Below are positions 13,566 through 26,470 of a stretch of DNA of 64,000 nt, one piece after another. Under the pieces are notes generated by a model. The model searched no databases, was not told where the DNA came from, and saw nothing but the letters and a program-made list of their open reading frames with translations. This stretch comes from Zootoca vivipara (taxonomy: Eukaryota), in NCBI RefSeq assembly GCF_963506605.1, contig NC_083279.1, forward strand, positions 51,956,001 through 52,020,000, given 5' to 3'. The translations under genes were made by a program, and so were the position numbers. Numbering within the stretch: position 1 is the stretch's first letter; each line of letters starts with the position of its first letter.

Positions 13566-14666
13566 GCACAGAGCTCTATTCTTCAACTTCTCACAGCCAC
13601 TCCCAATTTTCTTCAGCATCTGCTGGCTGAGGCAGATGTATCGCTTTGCCTAATAGTAGGGCTGCCCCTACTCAGTAGCAGCAATAGTAGTATGGTACAG
13701 ATCCACCAGCAGAGCATACAGGTTGAGTTATAGCCACAACAAGAACAACAACAACAACAACAACAGGTGTTGCATGGTGCAGCCACCTTATAACTAGACT
13801 TATTCATTTGGTGTTTGGAGAGGAGTTTTATGAATACTTTCATGCGTTATGGATATCACCCTGGTCTACTTCCCAGTCAAACTGGATGTAGCATCTGTGA
13901 GTAAGACACAAGCGTATCACATGCTGGAACATTTGCTCCATCCATCATGCCAAAAACCTCTTGGAAAGGTTAACTTGAGGCGAGCCGCTGCATAATAGAT
14001 GTGTGGAAAATGTGATGATTCAATCCTCAAACCAGCACAGGGAGTAGTAAGTAGGGATTTTCTGTACCTGCACATATTTTTCTGTACCTCAGTAGCTGAT
14101 CATTAATAGGAAAGAATAGCTGCTGCAGGGGCAGCAAAGATAGTAAGGTCATATGCATCTAAGTCAACCTCTTCTAACAGCAATCTCTTTACAATCGATT
14201 CTATTTACAATCAAGCAGTATATAAATTATGTGAAATAAAAAATAAAAATATATACCTAATAATAAAAATAGCATTTTTATACAACATCCATTTTGGCCT
14301 GCTGGCTCAATGTTCTCCTTAATGTATAATATTTGGGTAAAAGGAACGCCCCATGACAAACAAGTCTGTTAGGCGAAAGACTGTGGATCAACCTTTTTTG
14401 TTTGCCCATTTCTCTGATAAACTGATATTGTCACAAAAAAACTCCAGGGGTGATGTTTAGAGAAAACAGAAGTTAATCCGATTTAATACTTTTTTATTTT
14501 AAGGAGAATGCATGCAATCTCCAGTAGTCTTAAATCATCAGGGATTACTTTAGGCTCCAAAGAGCAATGAAATGTTGTCCCAGCTTTTTAATAAGGAAGA
14601 TTTTATGGTTTTTATAAAAAAAATCTAATCAGATTGCATCTGCTGGATGTTTAGTTTGGTGTAGAC

Positions 14667-14775
14667 CAGGGATAGAGAACCTGTGGCCTTCCAGATATTA
14701 TTGGACTCCAACTCCTATCATCCCTGACCATTGATTTTTCTGGCTGAGGCTGATGGGAAGTTGGAGGGCAACAGT
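14667..14775. mobile_element. Degraded hAT Charlie-like MITE
   Basis: cagggatagagaacctgtggccttccagat...ggactccaactcctatcatccctgacca...gatgggaagttg, related to the 4384 and 17186 copies. Confidence 0.6.
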
Positions 14776-16572
14776 AGACTGATATTGTTGTGGAGGTGGG
14801 GGAATGATTAACAAAATCAATCCTCCCGGCAAACTGGGAATATCCCCTCATCCAAGTTTAGGATATTCCACCATTCTTCAGCAAAGTTTCTTTTCCTTTG
14901 AGAAAAATAAGTGTCTCACATATATGTAAAGTAAGCTTTAATAATACTGTAACAAAATAACATAAGGACAGAAACTAAATATGGCAGCATGAGGCAAGTC
15001 TGAGGCAAGAGGCAAGAAGAGGCAGTTGGTCCCTCTTAACTGACATTCTTAATGGAACACACATTGAAGCGAGGAGCTGATTCTGGAGCAAAACACACAA
15101 GCCCCACCCACCAGATACCAAGCACTCTACTATTCAAATTAGGCCCCAGTGTTTTTCTTACAGATATGCCCCAGGAATTTCATCTAGCTAGAGACCCACG
15201 TGCAGAAATCTGCTTCTATGCATGTATGGCTGTAACTGAAGCAATAGATTTAGTGGGCTTAAATGTGCTTCACCATTGTGGCCAAAAGGTATAAATAATG
15301 GCAGGACGGCCAGGCGATCTATAAATACATTGCACTTTTCACGTATTGTGTCACCGGTTGAACATCACTAGGAGAAAACGTTCTGTCTCAAGCTGTAACT
15401 ATCTCTGATGATGCCTGAGAGGAAAGAAAGGGGCAAGTGAGATGTTCCATCTTGAAAGATTACAGGAAACCAGAGATGAGTGTAAGAGACTGAACAGCTC
15501 TGTTGCTAGGTTATGGATTGTTTTCTTACGACAACAGTGAACTTGAATACTAATACTGTGCATTAGTATAGCAGCTTGGCTCATTCTGAACAAATATATG
15601 TAATATTGAACTGTGGAATATTCTAACATTTCACGGAATCTATTCTAGGACAATTCAACAAACATGCACATATACTTCCTGTAATTGTGTCAAAGAAGTT
15701 CCATACCCTGCGGTGATCTCTATGCACATAGTCAGTAATGGGAATATTATAAGACGTTTAAGAGCAGTTTCTGTTTAGTTTAATTTCCTCTGAGTAGCAG
15801 TTTGGGGAGATTGTAAATAGATTTACTAAGGTTGAGCTTCACCTGTCTCTTCACTATATTCTGGCATGGACTTTACCATATACAGTATAAGCCATTTCAA
15901 ATGCTGATTGAAATTGCTAGGAAGTCGTACATTGGCAACTGGGGATTTGGTCAGGGCAGTGGCCGACCTTGGGTTCTCAAAAATTAGTGGCACCCTGTGT
16001 GATGCCAAAATTCACCCCCCCACACACACACTCCATTCTACATCATAGTTGCAGCATCCCCTGCATCGCCCCCAAGGCTCTGCGCTCCCAGCGTGACCAA
16101 ACCAGTCGCACTCCCCTAAACCCATCTCTGGTCGGGGCTTGTATTTCAAAAACTGTAAGAATTAGAAACTTGGAGATCCCAGTAGATTTTATTTTATATT
16201 ATTTTAATCTTGGGTTGCAAACTGCTTTGAAAGGACAGTGGTTTTGAAAAGCAACATAAGAATCACTTAAATAATACAAATAAACAACCTAAGGGAGTTA
16301 TTCATTATGCAACCCACTGAAGGACTCGCTATAATGAAGAGAGAGTTGTAACTGAAATTTTCTACACACTTAGGGCATGTGTATGTTAGTGGCTTTAAAA
16401 GCAGTGAGATAATTCATCCCTTGCATTTCAAGTCCAGAGTTTTACATTGATATACTGTATGCAATATTACCTGATTTGTTTCCCCACACCTGCAATGCCC
16501 CTGCCAAAAAAACCTACTATTCAATGGAGCTGTCATGTAGGCATGTGCAACACTTCAGCTGAACCAGTGTTT

Positions 16573-16996
16573 TTTTTAATTAAAATAAATTTTATTGATT
16601 TCAAAAATGAAAAAAGTATTTACATGTAAATAAAACAGATACAATTGTAGTACAGATGTTACATTGTCTTGATTTCCCCCGTTCCCTCCCACAGTTCCCT
16701 CCCTCGTTCCCCCCCCCCCCCGCTTACTTCACGTCCTGTTCTGAGCTCATCCCTCCCCCCCCCAAATATAAATTGCATACTGTAATTCATACTCATCAGT
16801 CTATCATAGGTTATATACATTGATAAGCTACATTTTATTTTTATTTCTCCAACATAGAATTGTTATCTATCTGAGATGAGATTTGGTTTTTCTATTTTGT
16901 CTTTAATATACATATTAAATGGTTTCCACATTTTGATTGCTTCTTCTAAACTTGTTCCTTTAACTTCCTCGTATCTAATTGCTAAATTATAATAAT
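16573..16996 (-). mobile_element. L1/Tx1-clade LINE, 5'-truncated (ORF2 C-terminus, 3' UTR, A tail)
   Basis: Minus strand reads YYNLAIRYEEVKGTSLEEAIKMWKPFNMYIKDK...*, carrying the W.PF..Y end motif, then a G-rich 3' UTR, AATAAA and an A tail. 16-bp TSD agctgaaccagtgttt at 16557-16572 and 16997-17012. Confidence 0.85.
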
Positions 16997-17034
16997 AGCT
17001 GAACCAGTGTTTATGTTTTCAAATCAGTTGGGAC

Positions 17035-17124
17035 CATAGCTGCCAAGTTTTCCCTTTTCTCACGAGGAAGCCTATTCAGCATAAGGGAATTTCCCTTTAA
17101 AAAAGGGAGAACTTGGCAGCTATG
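17035..17124. mobile_element. 90-bp hAT MITE (TIR catagctgccaagtt)
   Basis: TIRs catagctgccaagtt / aacttggcagctatg and a perfect 8-bp TSD gttgggac. Confidence 0.92.
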
Positions 17125-17185
17125 GTTGGGACCTAGTTGAGGGGAAGTGCATCAGACAAGAGTGTTTCTTAAGAAACTACAAGAT

Positions 17186-17322
17186 CAGGCATAGGCAAAC
17201 TCAGCCCTCCAGATGTTTTGGGACTACAACTCCCATCATCCTTAGCTAACAGGACCAGTGATCAGGGATGATGGGAATTTGTAGTCCCAAAACATCTGGA
17301 GGGCTGAGTTTGCCTATGCCTG
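17186..17322. mobile_element. hAT Charlie-like MITE
   Basis: Long TIR caggcataggcaaactcagccctccagatgttttgggactacaa and TSD tacaagat / tacaggat. Confidence 0.9.
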
Positions 17323-17457
17323 TACAGGATACTGATATACTCGTGCTGTAGCAATGTCAAACACCAGCAGTGTGAGCAGGCTGGAGCTGGAGTAAGCAGT
17401 AATGAGTACATAGCCTTACTTCTGAGTAGACCTGGATATAGGATTGCACTGTTGTAG

Positions 17458-17458
<1 letters not shown>

Positions 17459-17507
<49 letters not shown>

Positions 17508-18285
17508 TTATTATTTATACCCCGCCCATCTGGCTGGGTTTCTCCAGCCACTCTGGGCGGCTTCAAACAAAATATTAAAATACAATAATCTATTGAACAT
17601 TAAAAGCTTCCCTAAACAGGGTTGCCTTCAGATGTCTTCTAAAAGTCTGGTAGTTGTTTTTCTCTTTGACATCTGATGGGAGGGTGTTCCACAGGGCGGA
17701 TGCCACTACCGAGAAGGCCCTCTGCCTGGTTCCCTGCAACTTGGCTTCTCGCAACGAGGGAACCGCCAGAAGGTCCTCAGCGCTGGACCTCAGTGTCCAG
17801 GCAGAACGATGGGGGTGGAGACACTCCTTCAGATATACTGGACTGAGGCCATCTAGGGCTTTAAAGGTCAGCACCAACACTTTGAATTGTGCTCGGAAAC
17901 GTACTGGGAGCCAATGTAGGTCTCTCAAGACTGGTGTTATGTGGTCCCGGCGGCCGCTCCCAGCCACCAGCCAGCTGCCGCATTCTGGATTAGTTGTAGT
18001 TTCTGGGCTTCAAAGGTAGCTCCACATAGAGCGCATTGCATCTCCAAGCGGGAGATAATTGAGCATGCACCACTCTGGCAAGACAGTCCGCGGGAAGGTA
18101 GGGTCTCATCCTGCGTACCAGGTGGAGCTGATAGCATAGCTGTCAAGTTCTCCCTTTTTTAAAGGGAAATTCCCTTATGCTGAATAGGCTTCCTTGCGAG
18201 AAAAGGGAAAACTTGACAGCTATGCTATTAGACAGCTGCCCTGGACACAGAACTGACCTGCGCCTCCATGGACAGCTGTGAGTCA
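17459..18285 (-). mobile_element. L2-clade LINE 3' end with (TTA)n tail, interrupted by a MITE
   Basis: HITPVLRDLHWLPVRFRAQFKVLVLTFKAL...RAFSVVA..LWN.LP is the typical L2 ORF2 C-terminus. Microsatellite tail at 17459-17507. Confidence 0.9.
18135..18224. mobile_element. 90-bp hAT MITE nested in the L2, opposite orientation to the 17035 copy
   Basis: TIRs catagctgtcaagtt / aacttgacagctatg and an imperfect TSD ctgatag / ctattag. Confidence 0.88.
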
Positions 18286-19453
18286 ATGCAGACACAAGTT
18301 CTCCCTCAGTGCAGTGGTGGCATGGGATTGTATTTTTTTTTCTTTTCTAAATGTCTATTAACACATTAGCAGATTTTCAGTGTTTACTTTTGTAAAACCG
18401 AATAAAGCCATTTTTAAAAGCCATAGGCAGGAAAGTTAAAATTTTAAATCAGAATGCATATTACTGTATCATTTGTAATATTTTGGCAGCACTGTCCAAG
18501 ATGTTGGGACACATGATGGACCTGGAGACAACTGGGGGAGGGTACAACATTTCCACTCTTCCCACTCAGCTGAACTAGATAGGCTTTATTATACACAGCT
18601 GAAAATCCAACACAAGTTAAAATGGCAGGGGGGAAATGCAGCATTTGTATACATGTAGGCCAGAATGTGTACATCACATTCCTATATCAGCAGACTGCAG
18701 CAGCAAACTAACTTCTACGTATATAAATATAGCTTTAAAGACAGCATTTCCTGCTGTGCCAGCATGTTGCTATGTAAAACACTCAGGGATGGCCTCCAGC
18801 AAAGTGGCCTGCTCTAAATATTTTCTTTCACTTCAGGGAAGCTTTTCAAAACCTTTGGAGCTGCTTCAGCATCTGATTGATGCTCCAAGCAAATTTCTTC
18901 AGCCCAGTTGTTGTTTCTGCTTGGTACCCATGTGCTGCCTCGAGCATGATAGGTGGGTCACATTCAGTAAATAGAAAAGGAATTCTTGTTAAGTGTACAT
19001 GTACCTGCTTCCTTGGGGCAGGGGAGAAAGGAAATTCCTTTAGGGTTTAATTGTTTCACAAGGAAATGAAGGGAGTGGAACATATTTTCATGTGTGCGAA
19101 GTCCCATTTTTGTAACTTGACTTTCTGCTTTAGAGCTTGTTAAAAGGGTACTAAATCTGACCTTCCCAAATGTGTGTAGATTCTTCAAATCATGGCAAGC
19201 AGTCTAGTCAGATGCAGAAAGAAGCTCCATTGAACACAAAAGGGGACCTAATCTCAGGCAAGTGTGCACAGGACTTTAGCTTTAGCTGATTAGTTAGGAG
19301 AATTGAGGTTTTTTACACAAAACATTTTACAATTCTTACACAATGGAAAAACCATTAGTTTTGTGCACCTTTTAAAGGATTTTATTTCCTAACAATATAT
19401 TCTGAAATTGTCAAGCAATTACAATTAGTTAAGAAGTGTTAATTGCAACTGCA

Positions 19454-20053
19454 TGTAAGCGAACAGGAGCGAGCCAGCAGTAAATCACACTGAGCAAGCT
19501 GGAGTTAACTCTTTATTCGCAAAAACAGGATCTGCACAGGAGTATTCAGCCTAATGGGGACAGCAACTCTTCTCCAGCAGATCTGGCCTCCATGAAGCAG
19601 TTGTTGAGACTGAAGGTCCCCTCCTCCTCACAGCCGCCCAAGTCCCCTCTTCTCCAGGGTTTCCCCCAAGCAATCTGAGACCCTGCCTGCATAAAGCTAA
19701 CTTCTCCTCTGCCCTCTTCATGCCTCTCCTGGTTTTGGGTGACCGAGAGGGGAGGGGGGGCTCATGAGAGCAAGAGGAGTCTGTGCCTATTCACCAGCAG
19801 AACTTATCTCTGCCTCTTAGCATCCCTCTTCTTCTCCTTCAGCTTCTGCCTTTGTTTCTGGATTTGTCTGCCACGGATTCCCACTGCTCACTAAACCCTG
19901 TTATGTTTTCAGCTTCTGAAACGTCCTCCCAGTCTTCTCCCTCTGACAACTCATCATTGTCCCACCACCAATCCCCTGGCTCTGAGCCTTATTCCTCGGG
20001 GGTCCCCAGCTGGTGCCTCCTACCATTCCTCTGTGTCCAACCAGTCTGTGACA
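19454..20053 (-). mobile_element. Probable solo LTR (Gypsy-like)
   Basis: 600 bp bounded by TG...CA (tgtaagc...gtgaca), minus-strand AATAAA about 60 nt from the 3' end, purine-skewed body. No TSD found. Confidence 0.55.
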
Positions 20054-20156
20054 TAGACAGTTAAGAACAGTTAAGTTTAGGAAGCATGAGTTTCCATTTT
20101 ATTGTTTCGTCCAAGAAAGCATGTCTGATATCAGATTTGAAGATCAGTATTTTTAG

Positions 20157-20272
20157 TTTAATGCTTCATCCCTGTAATCCACATTCCATTCTAATTTCCC
20201 ACAATGCATTGCTTTGGCAATGCATTGTGGGAAATTAGAATGGAATGTGGATTACAGGGATGAAGCATTAAA
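20157..20272. repeat. Perfect 56-bp inverted repeat with a 4-nt spacer
   Basis: 20157-20212 is the exact reverse complement of 20217-20272. Confidence 0.97.
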
Positions 20273-21872
20273 TGGCATTAAATGGCATTGCTCAGTAGCT
20301 CTTCTGTTGTTCTAGAATTATGAATGACAGTGTCCACAGGAGAAAAGCAAGCACTCACTTTCAGATAGAGAAGTTTAGAGATGCAAGCAATCCCCCATTC
20401 TCTAGGCCTGCATGCCTCAAAAACCACTTACTGAATGAGCTGTCTCATTGAGATCAAAAAGATTGCTGCTCATCTTTATCTTTAAAAGTTGCTTCCTTAT
20501 GTCTCTATGCCACACTCTGAGCTGCCGTGCTCAGGGTATGTCAGTGACAGAAGGCAGACAACTGTTTTGGAGTTTTTTGACCTCTTATCCCCAGCTCAGA
20601 ACCTAGCTTTGAAAGGAAGAGGAAAGGAAGGAGGTAACAGGTATGTGCAGATGACAATTTAAGGTAGATTTTATGCATCCTACGTGTGCATGCTTTCTGT
20701 GTCGCCCACACAATGTCCTCATCTTAGTGGCAGCCTACGCTCCCTCCATTTAATTCAGTTTTTTCCTAATACATGGATAATGCAGTAATTGGCAGGGGGG
20801 ACCTACAACATAAAATGCAACGTTATCTGAATGTAGATGCAGTGAAGCAGCTTGTGTGGGTAGGTTTCTTTTTTTCTTTTTTAAGTGTGATGTTCTGCAG
20901 GATGCTGTCAATCACCCTCCCCTCCACATGCTTGTTGCTAACCATAACCAACCATTCTGTTTGTAACAGCTGCAAGAAGCATGCTCATTTCCACTGCTTG
21001 TTGATTATGGGACATGCTGTGTGTGTCTGTGTGTGTTTAAAACAGCCCTTTTGTGCAGAACTGCTCTTCCATTGTACTGAATAGGGACAGATATTTTTTT
21101 AAAAAAATAATTGAAAAAATGGGTGTTTCTTTCTGAACCATAAAGCAAAACTGAAAGGTGCTAAGTCAAGAACTGTGACAAAAGGTCTGCAGCACAAGAC
21201 CTGAGCTTCAGGACTGGCCACCAGCGATTTTTCTACTGATCTAGCATTTAGAATGTTCCTCCCTGTGCTAGGGAATTAATTATCACAAGTAGATTTTACT
21301 TCACCTCCTACTTGCCTTAGGGTCTAATTAATGTATCTGCCTGGCTATTTGAATTCCAACAGTGGAAGGGCGGCTATACAAGCTGCTTGTGTGAATTGGC
21401 TTGCCAAATGGGACAATCATTTTAGCAATCTCAAATCCCCTCCCTCCCTCAAACTGGGAACAGCATAAGCTAAACTGAACCACAGAGACACTTCTTTACA
21501 CGGATGACTTGCCACAAGGATTTGCCTTGATGTGATTTCAGTGCCACGTGGCCACACACACTGCAGAGTGCCACCGCAAACTGGGCCTACAGTGCCCTTC
21601 GAATGGAGCAGAAGGAAAGACTGGAGACACCCGTGGTGACAGCACATTGGGAAAGAGTTTGGGTGAAGGAGCAGTTCTTTATGTGGAACTGCCAACTATT
21701 ATTCTAGTAATTTTGCTTCAAGGCTTGGTTGTGTACTGAAGACGGTGGGCTGTGATACTGCATCTTGGGAAATGCACCGTGCAAATTGCAGTAATCACAA
21801 AATGGATTGTGAATTTGTACAGAACAGTATGGTTCACACAAATGGCACCAGCCAAACAGAGTGCAGATGAAC

Positions 21873-22498
21873 TACCTGTTTCCCCTTTTTTAATACGTAG
21901 TCATAAAGTAAGCCATGGCAGGGTTTTTAAGTATTTGAGAAATATAAGACATACCCCGAAAATAAGCCATACTTCCGCGCCGCGGAAACCAACCTCCACA
22001 GGCACCTCCACTCACAGAGTCACTCCATGCAGCCAGCACTGCAGGAGCGCGATCAGCTATGATGAGGCGCTCCAAGAGCTCCGCTTAACAGCTGATCGCG
22101 CTCCCGCCTTGCTGGCTGCATCCCCGCGCTCTGCCTTCTCGTCCACCGCCATCCCTGCCACTTCCGTGCTTGCCGCCACTGCTGGGCTCACTGCTTCTTC
22201 CTTGCCTGGCCCGGCCAAGGAGCTTGGAGCGCCCTGCAGCGGCGGGCGGAGCGCATGAGCCAGCGGCCTCTGCCTGGCCCGGCCAAAGATGCCTGCCACC
22301 CCGCCACCCGGAACTGGGGGCTGCTGCAGCGCCGAGCACTCAAGACAGCCCAGCAGCGCCCTGAGCCAGCGCCCTGAACCGTAAAAACCGTACCGGTAAT
22401 AAAAAATATAAGACATCCCACCGAAAGTAAGCCACCCTGTGTTTTTTGAGGGGGGGAAAAGTTATAAGACGGTGTCTTAAAAAGGGGGAAACACGGTA
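21873..22498. mobile_element. Non-autonomous Tc1/mariner (Tc2-like) element with GC-rich core
   Basis: TA-flanked imperfect TIRs tacc-tgtttcccctttt / aaaagggggaaacacggta, with repeated subterminal aatataagacat...taagcca motifs. Confidence 0.75.
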
Positions 22499-23043
22499 TG
22501 AATCCCAACCGTGTCCCCACTCAAAGTGCATTTGCATGTGGGCTGTTAGCAAGTGTGAATCAGTCCTTAGGAAGCAGCTTGTAGGATACGTTGCATACAC
22601 AGTTATAGTTACTACCGTAATACTCATATTTCAGAATAAAAACAGATTGAGCAACAATATTATTTCATTCTGCTATTACATGTATTTACCATTTGTTCAC
22701 AAAAAATACAGCTCTCTCTTGCTTCCCCCAACATTTCATTGGGTTCCAAATAAACCTGAGTTGATAGTTCAAGTTAGTATTTGCAGGACATTCAGGTACA
22801 GAAGTCTGAAGCATGCACAGAACGGTATGCTGATTATTAGTGCCTTAATATTGTGTTCTATGGGGAAATGCCACCAATCATATTTTATAACTTCACAAAC
22901 ATCAGTGGTGTATGGGTCCTTATCAGAATATTTGGGGTTATTTTGAAGACACTACTTGAAATACTGAGGTTTTTCAGAAAGCATAGTTGAAGCACACACA
23001 AAACATGCCACAATCCCATTTTAACAAGGTAATTTTTGTTTAC

Positions 23044-23049
23044 TTTATT
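23044..23049 (-). terminator. Candidate HUNK polyadenylation signal (implies a ~2.4-kb 3' UTR)
   Basis: AATAAA on the minus strand with a GU-rich tract (tgttttgtgtgtg) about 40 nt downstream. An alternative AATAAA lies at 24110-24115. Confidence 0.4.
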
Positions 23050-25412
23050 TAACCAGTAAGCGGTGTTGTAAACTTGATTAAACTTACAATGCAGCTTGCT
23101 TTGTCTAAGGGGGCTATATGGATAAAAATGTAAATGAAACCACCCAGTAGAAGGGATAGTAGAGGTTCATAATGTAGCAGTTTCTGGAATGCATGACCTT
23201 TCAAAATTCATCTCTGGAGTCTGAAAAACCCTTAATTGTGTAAAGTCAAGTTCAAAAGGGCTAGAACAATCTCAGGCAGCTGAAACTGGGTGGTGCTGGC
23301 TAAGAATATGGGCATTTCTCCCTGTCTTTTTCTAGACCAGCTGCACATGAACATGCCTGCACATGGTATGTGCTTAAAAAAATTTTCTCGCACACAGTAG
23401 GATACTGTTCTTTCATGGTGAGGAATCTGAAACATTTTCAGCCATTCAGGCCTATGCCAATGCGGATGTTCATTTGACACAAGCACACTGCACATTGTTT
23501 CAGCCTGGCCTGCTCCCATACTTCTCCTTGGACTAGTTTTCACAAAGAGCAATGTATTAAAAATTGCACAACTTCAGGCTATGCATGAGCTTAAAAGCAG
23601 GCACGGTCTTCTCCCGTTTGTGCTAAACCATAGTTTTGCTTAGCATTACATGTGAATCGGTCAGTTTGTAGAGTTGGATTATAACATGGCACTTGTGAAA
23701 ATTCAGTGATCTGGACTGCAAGGTAGTCAGTGGCACTGTTATTGGATTAAGGTGCCACTACCTTTGAAGCAGAAACAACTGTTCTCATGCATATACCTAT
23801 TCCTAAGATGGCGTTACAACCAATGGGTGCTTCTACTTTGGATGTACTCCTGTACAAGCATGTGGATCCAATTTCAAGACGGCTGCAGCCAAAGAACTGC
23901 TCGTGCTCCTGACATCCTGTCTGCTGCTGTTCTTCAATCCTAACCTTTTAAGAAATATTTGGTGCTGAGCTGAGATTTCATGTGTATCAACAGAATCTCA
24001 GCGGGAAAAACCTGATTATCTAATCTCGGGGTTTCTTAAAGAAGGCATCAAACGACTCAGAAACATACCTTTAAAAACAATCTCTCAATAATTCCCCCCC
24101 CCCAAAGCATTTATTCTGATTCGTCTTCTATAAAGGCATTAACATCTAGATACTGTGTATGCTAAAGAAGAGGGGAAGCATATAAACCATTAGTGACTAT
24201 CTGCCACCGTGCTAGTCTAATGTTAACAACTATCAGCAATCCTGTATATATAACATGTGCTAGCAGGGAACAGGTAAACCATAGAATAGTCTTTGGTTAA
24301 AACCCTGTAAATTAATAACAAATTATTTGCACAAAACCCCCTATTTTCTTATTCAGACATTTTCTTTACTGTGAAATAAAAAGAGATGCAGAGTACAGAA
24401 CATGTTTGCCTTTTACGAAAGTTAATCACAGTTTGTAGCACTACTAAATTTTTGATGACAACTGCATTACCATTCCTGCCATTTGCAAATGGCACTGGAG
24501 CTAGCAGACGTGTCCTTTGATAACTCTTCTGAATGCAGTGCAGAGTTTCTCAGCAACACTTTCAAGTATGTCCAATGCTGTTTTGCTAAAACTGAAAGTA
24601 TACAATTTTTCTAAAGGCAGTTTTACAGAATAGCTATACAGATGACCGGGTGTTTCTTTTTTAAAGCACAGCATTTAGAAATATGGACTATTGTCTCATG
24701 AGGAGGATGAAAATGTGAACAAAGATTTCCTTACAGTCAAACTAGTTCTGAGATGATCATGTCTCTTTATAATAGCATCTCTTAACAAATGAACATTTCC
24801 TTTAGGAAAAATATAGAATGATTTTAGGTGTTTTGGAATTATTAGACAGTAAAAACTGCTTCAGTTATCAGCATCTTGCTCTGGTTTTTGTGCTTTTATG
24901 CCAAGTCCCTTCAGGTCTGTTTCTTCTTCATCTGTACATGACTTAAGAGAGCACATTTGCTTCAGAAATATGAAAAAACTTAAGTTTTCCTGTTTTTGAG
25001 TAATACGAATAGTGTGTATGCCTGTGAAATAGAGAACTATTGCCTGACAAGTACATCAACCACAGCTTTACAAACCAGAGGGCAATTCAACAAATTCTTC
25101 TTTCACTGTCCAATCAAGTTGTTAGGTCCAGTGATCTGTTGTTGACATAAACGTATGTGCAATATTAGAACACAGCCAAAAAGTATCTGCTTGGGAAGAT
25201 TACACAGATCTTCAAAAGTGAGAGTTTTTACATCACTTGAAATATTTGTCCTTTCCCACCATTCGCACTAGTCCTAGGCCACTGAAATATGTGGCCTTGT
25301 GATTTCCTTATTGGATGTGATAACAAAATACACAGAAAAAAACATTTCACTACTTCTATGGGAAAGTCCCAGAAAACAGCACTACACAAATTAGATTTTC
25401 AGAAAAGTCACC

Positions 25413-26080
25413 TCAGCACTGGCCATTTATAGGGTCCATTATATTGAATGAAATTTGTGTTGGGCTCATTTGCTGCAGCTGTGGCATTCTTGCTTCCAGC
25501 GTCTTCTCTGTTGGTGACCCTACTGACTGATTCCTTTTCCGCATCATCTGTCCAATACCCATCATTGGGAATCGACCTCTGCTTTTCACACAGTTAGGGC
25601 TCCCCAGAGGATTAGAGACATTACTTAGCTGAGTTGGAGACACAGCTTCCTCTCTAAAAGAACTGCTCTTTTCGTCATATGTGAAGGACAGTTGAGTAGG
25701 ATGAACTGGACTTTTAGTAGGACTGGGAGAAGTTCCTCCTGGCTGGAAGAGCGGTGACAATGTCCTTTCACTGGAACTTCTCCGGCCAAAATTGACTGGC
25801 GAGCTTAGCATTCGATACTGATGCGTGGGAGAAATTTGATCTATTTGGTCCTCTCTGTCGCCGGTTTCAAAAGAATGCACAATGTTCAGAATTAAAGGAG
25901 AATCCAAATTCTGGTTGCCAGGGCTTGAGGGCTCTTGCTGAGGTGAATCTTGCCGCTTGGTGAGCCTTGGGGTCCTTGGAACAGGTTGCTGGATTTCAAG
26001 GTATTCCAGAGAATAGGAGGTGACACAACCTGTCTTGGCTGTAGCTGATTCATGGAAGGGGCTCAAGCCACTAGGAGAAT
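25413..26080 (-). CDS. HUNK: HUNK terminal coding exon 11
   Basis: tgtag|AT TCT CCT, 668 nt to the TGA at 25415-25413. Contains the HUNK motifs PRTPR, RRSSSERTLS and PLGSPNCVKSRGRFPMMGIGQM, and ends in GQC*. Confidence 0.96.
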
Positions 26081-26380
26081 CTACAAAACAATATTTTAAA
26101 AGAGTCAAGAAAAACCTTTCATGGATGTTCCTGCCCCCCCCCCCCGCCCAGACAAGGCCAGTGAGAAACCGCCTGTTTAAAATTCAAATCCTAAACATAA
26201 ACATACCCTCAGAACAATACAGTAAATACAAGTTTAATCCAAAATGTGCTTTCCTTTAAGGTGTGTTATTCTGCTTATTTCTTCTCCGCTTTGTGCTTAC
26301 ACTTTGCCTGCCTGCCCCATCAGAAAGCTAACCTTCCTATTATTCTCATTTCTCTGTTCTGTCAAGGCTGTCTACCCCCT

Positions 26381-26385
<5 letters not shown>

Positions 26386-26468
<83 letters not shown>
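26386..26468. repeat. (CT)n microsatellite
   Basis: About 40 CT units, in HUNK intron 10. Confidence 0.98.

Positions 26469-26470
<2 letters not shown>

Noticed and set aside
1-23000. A second protein-coding gene downstream of HUNK
   Set aside because: No ORF with recognisable non-TE homology and no chain of phase-compatible exons found; small or non-coding exons cannot be excluded by eye.
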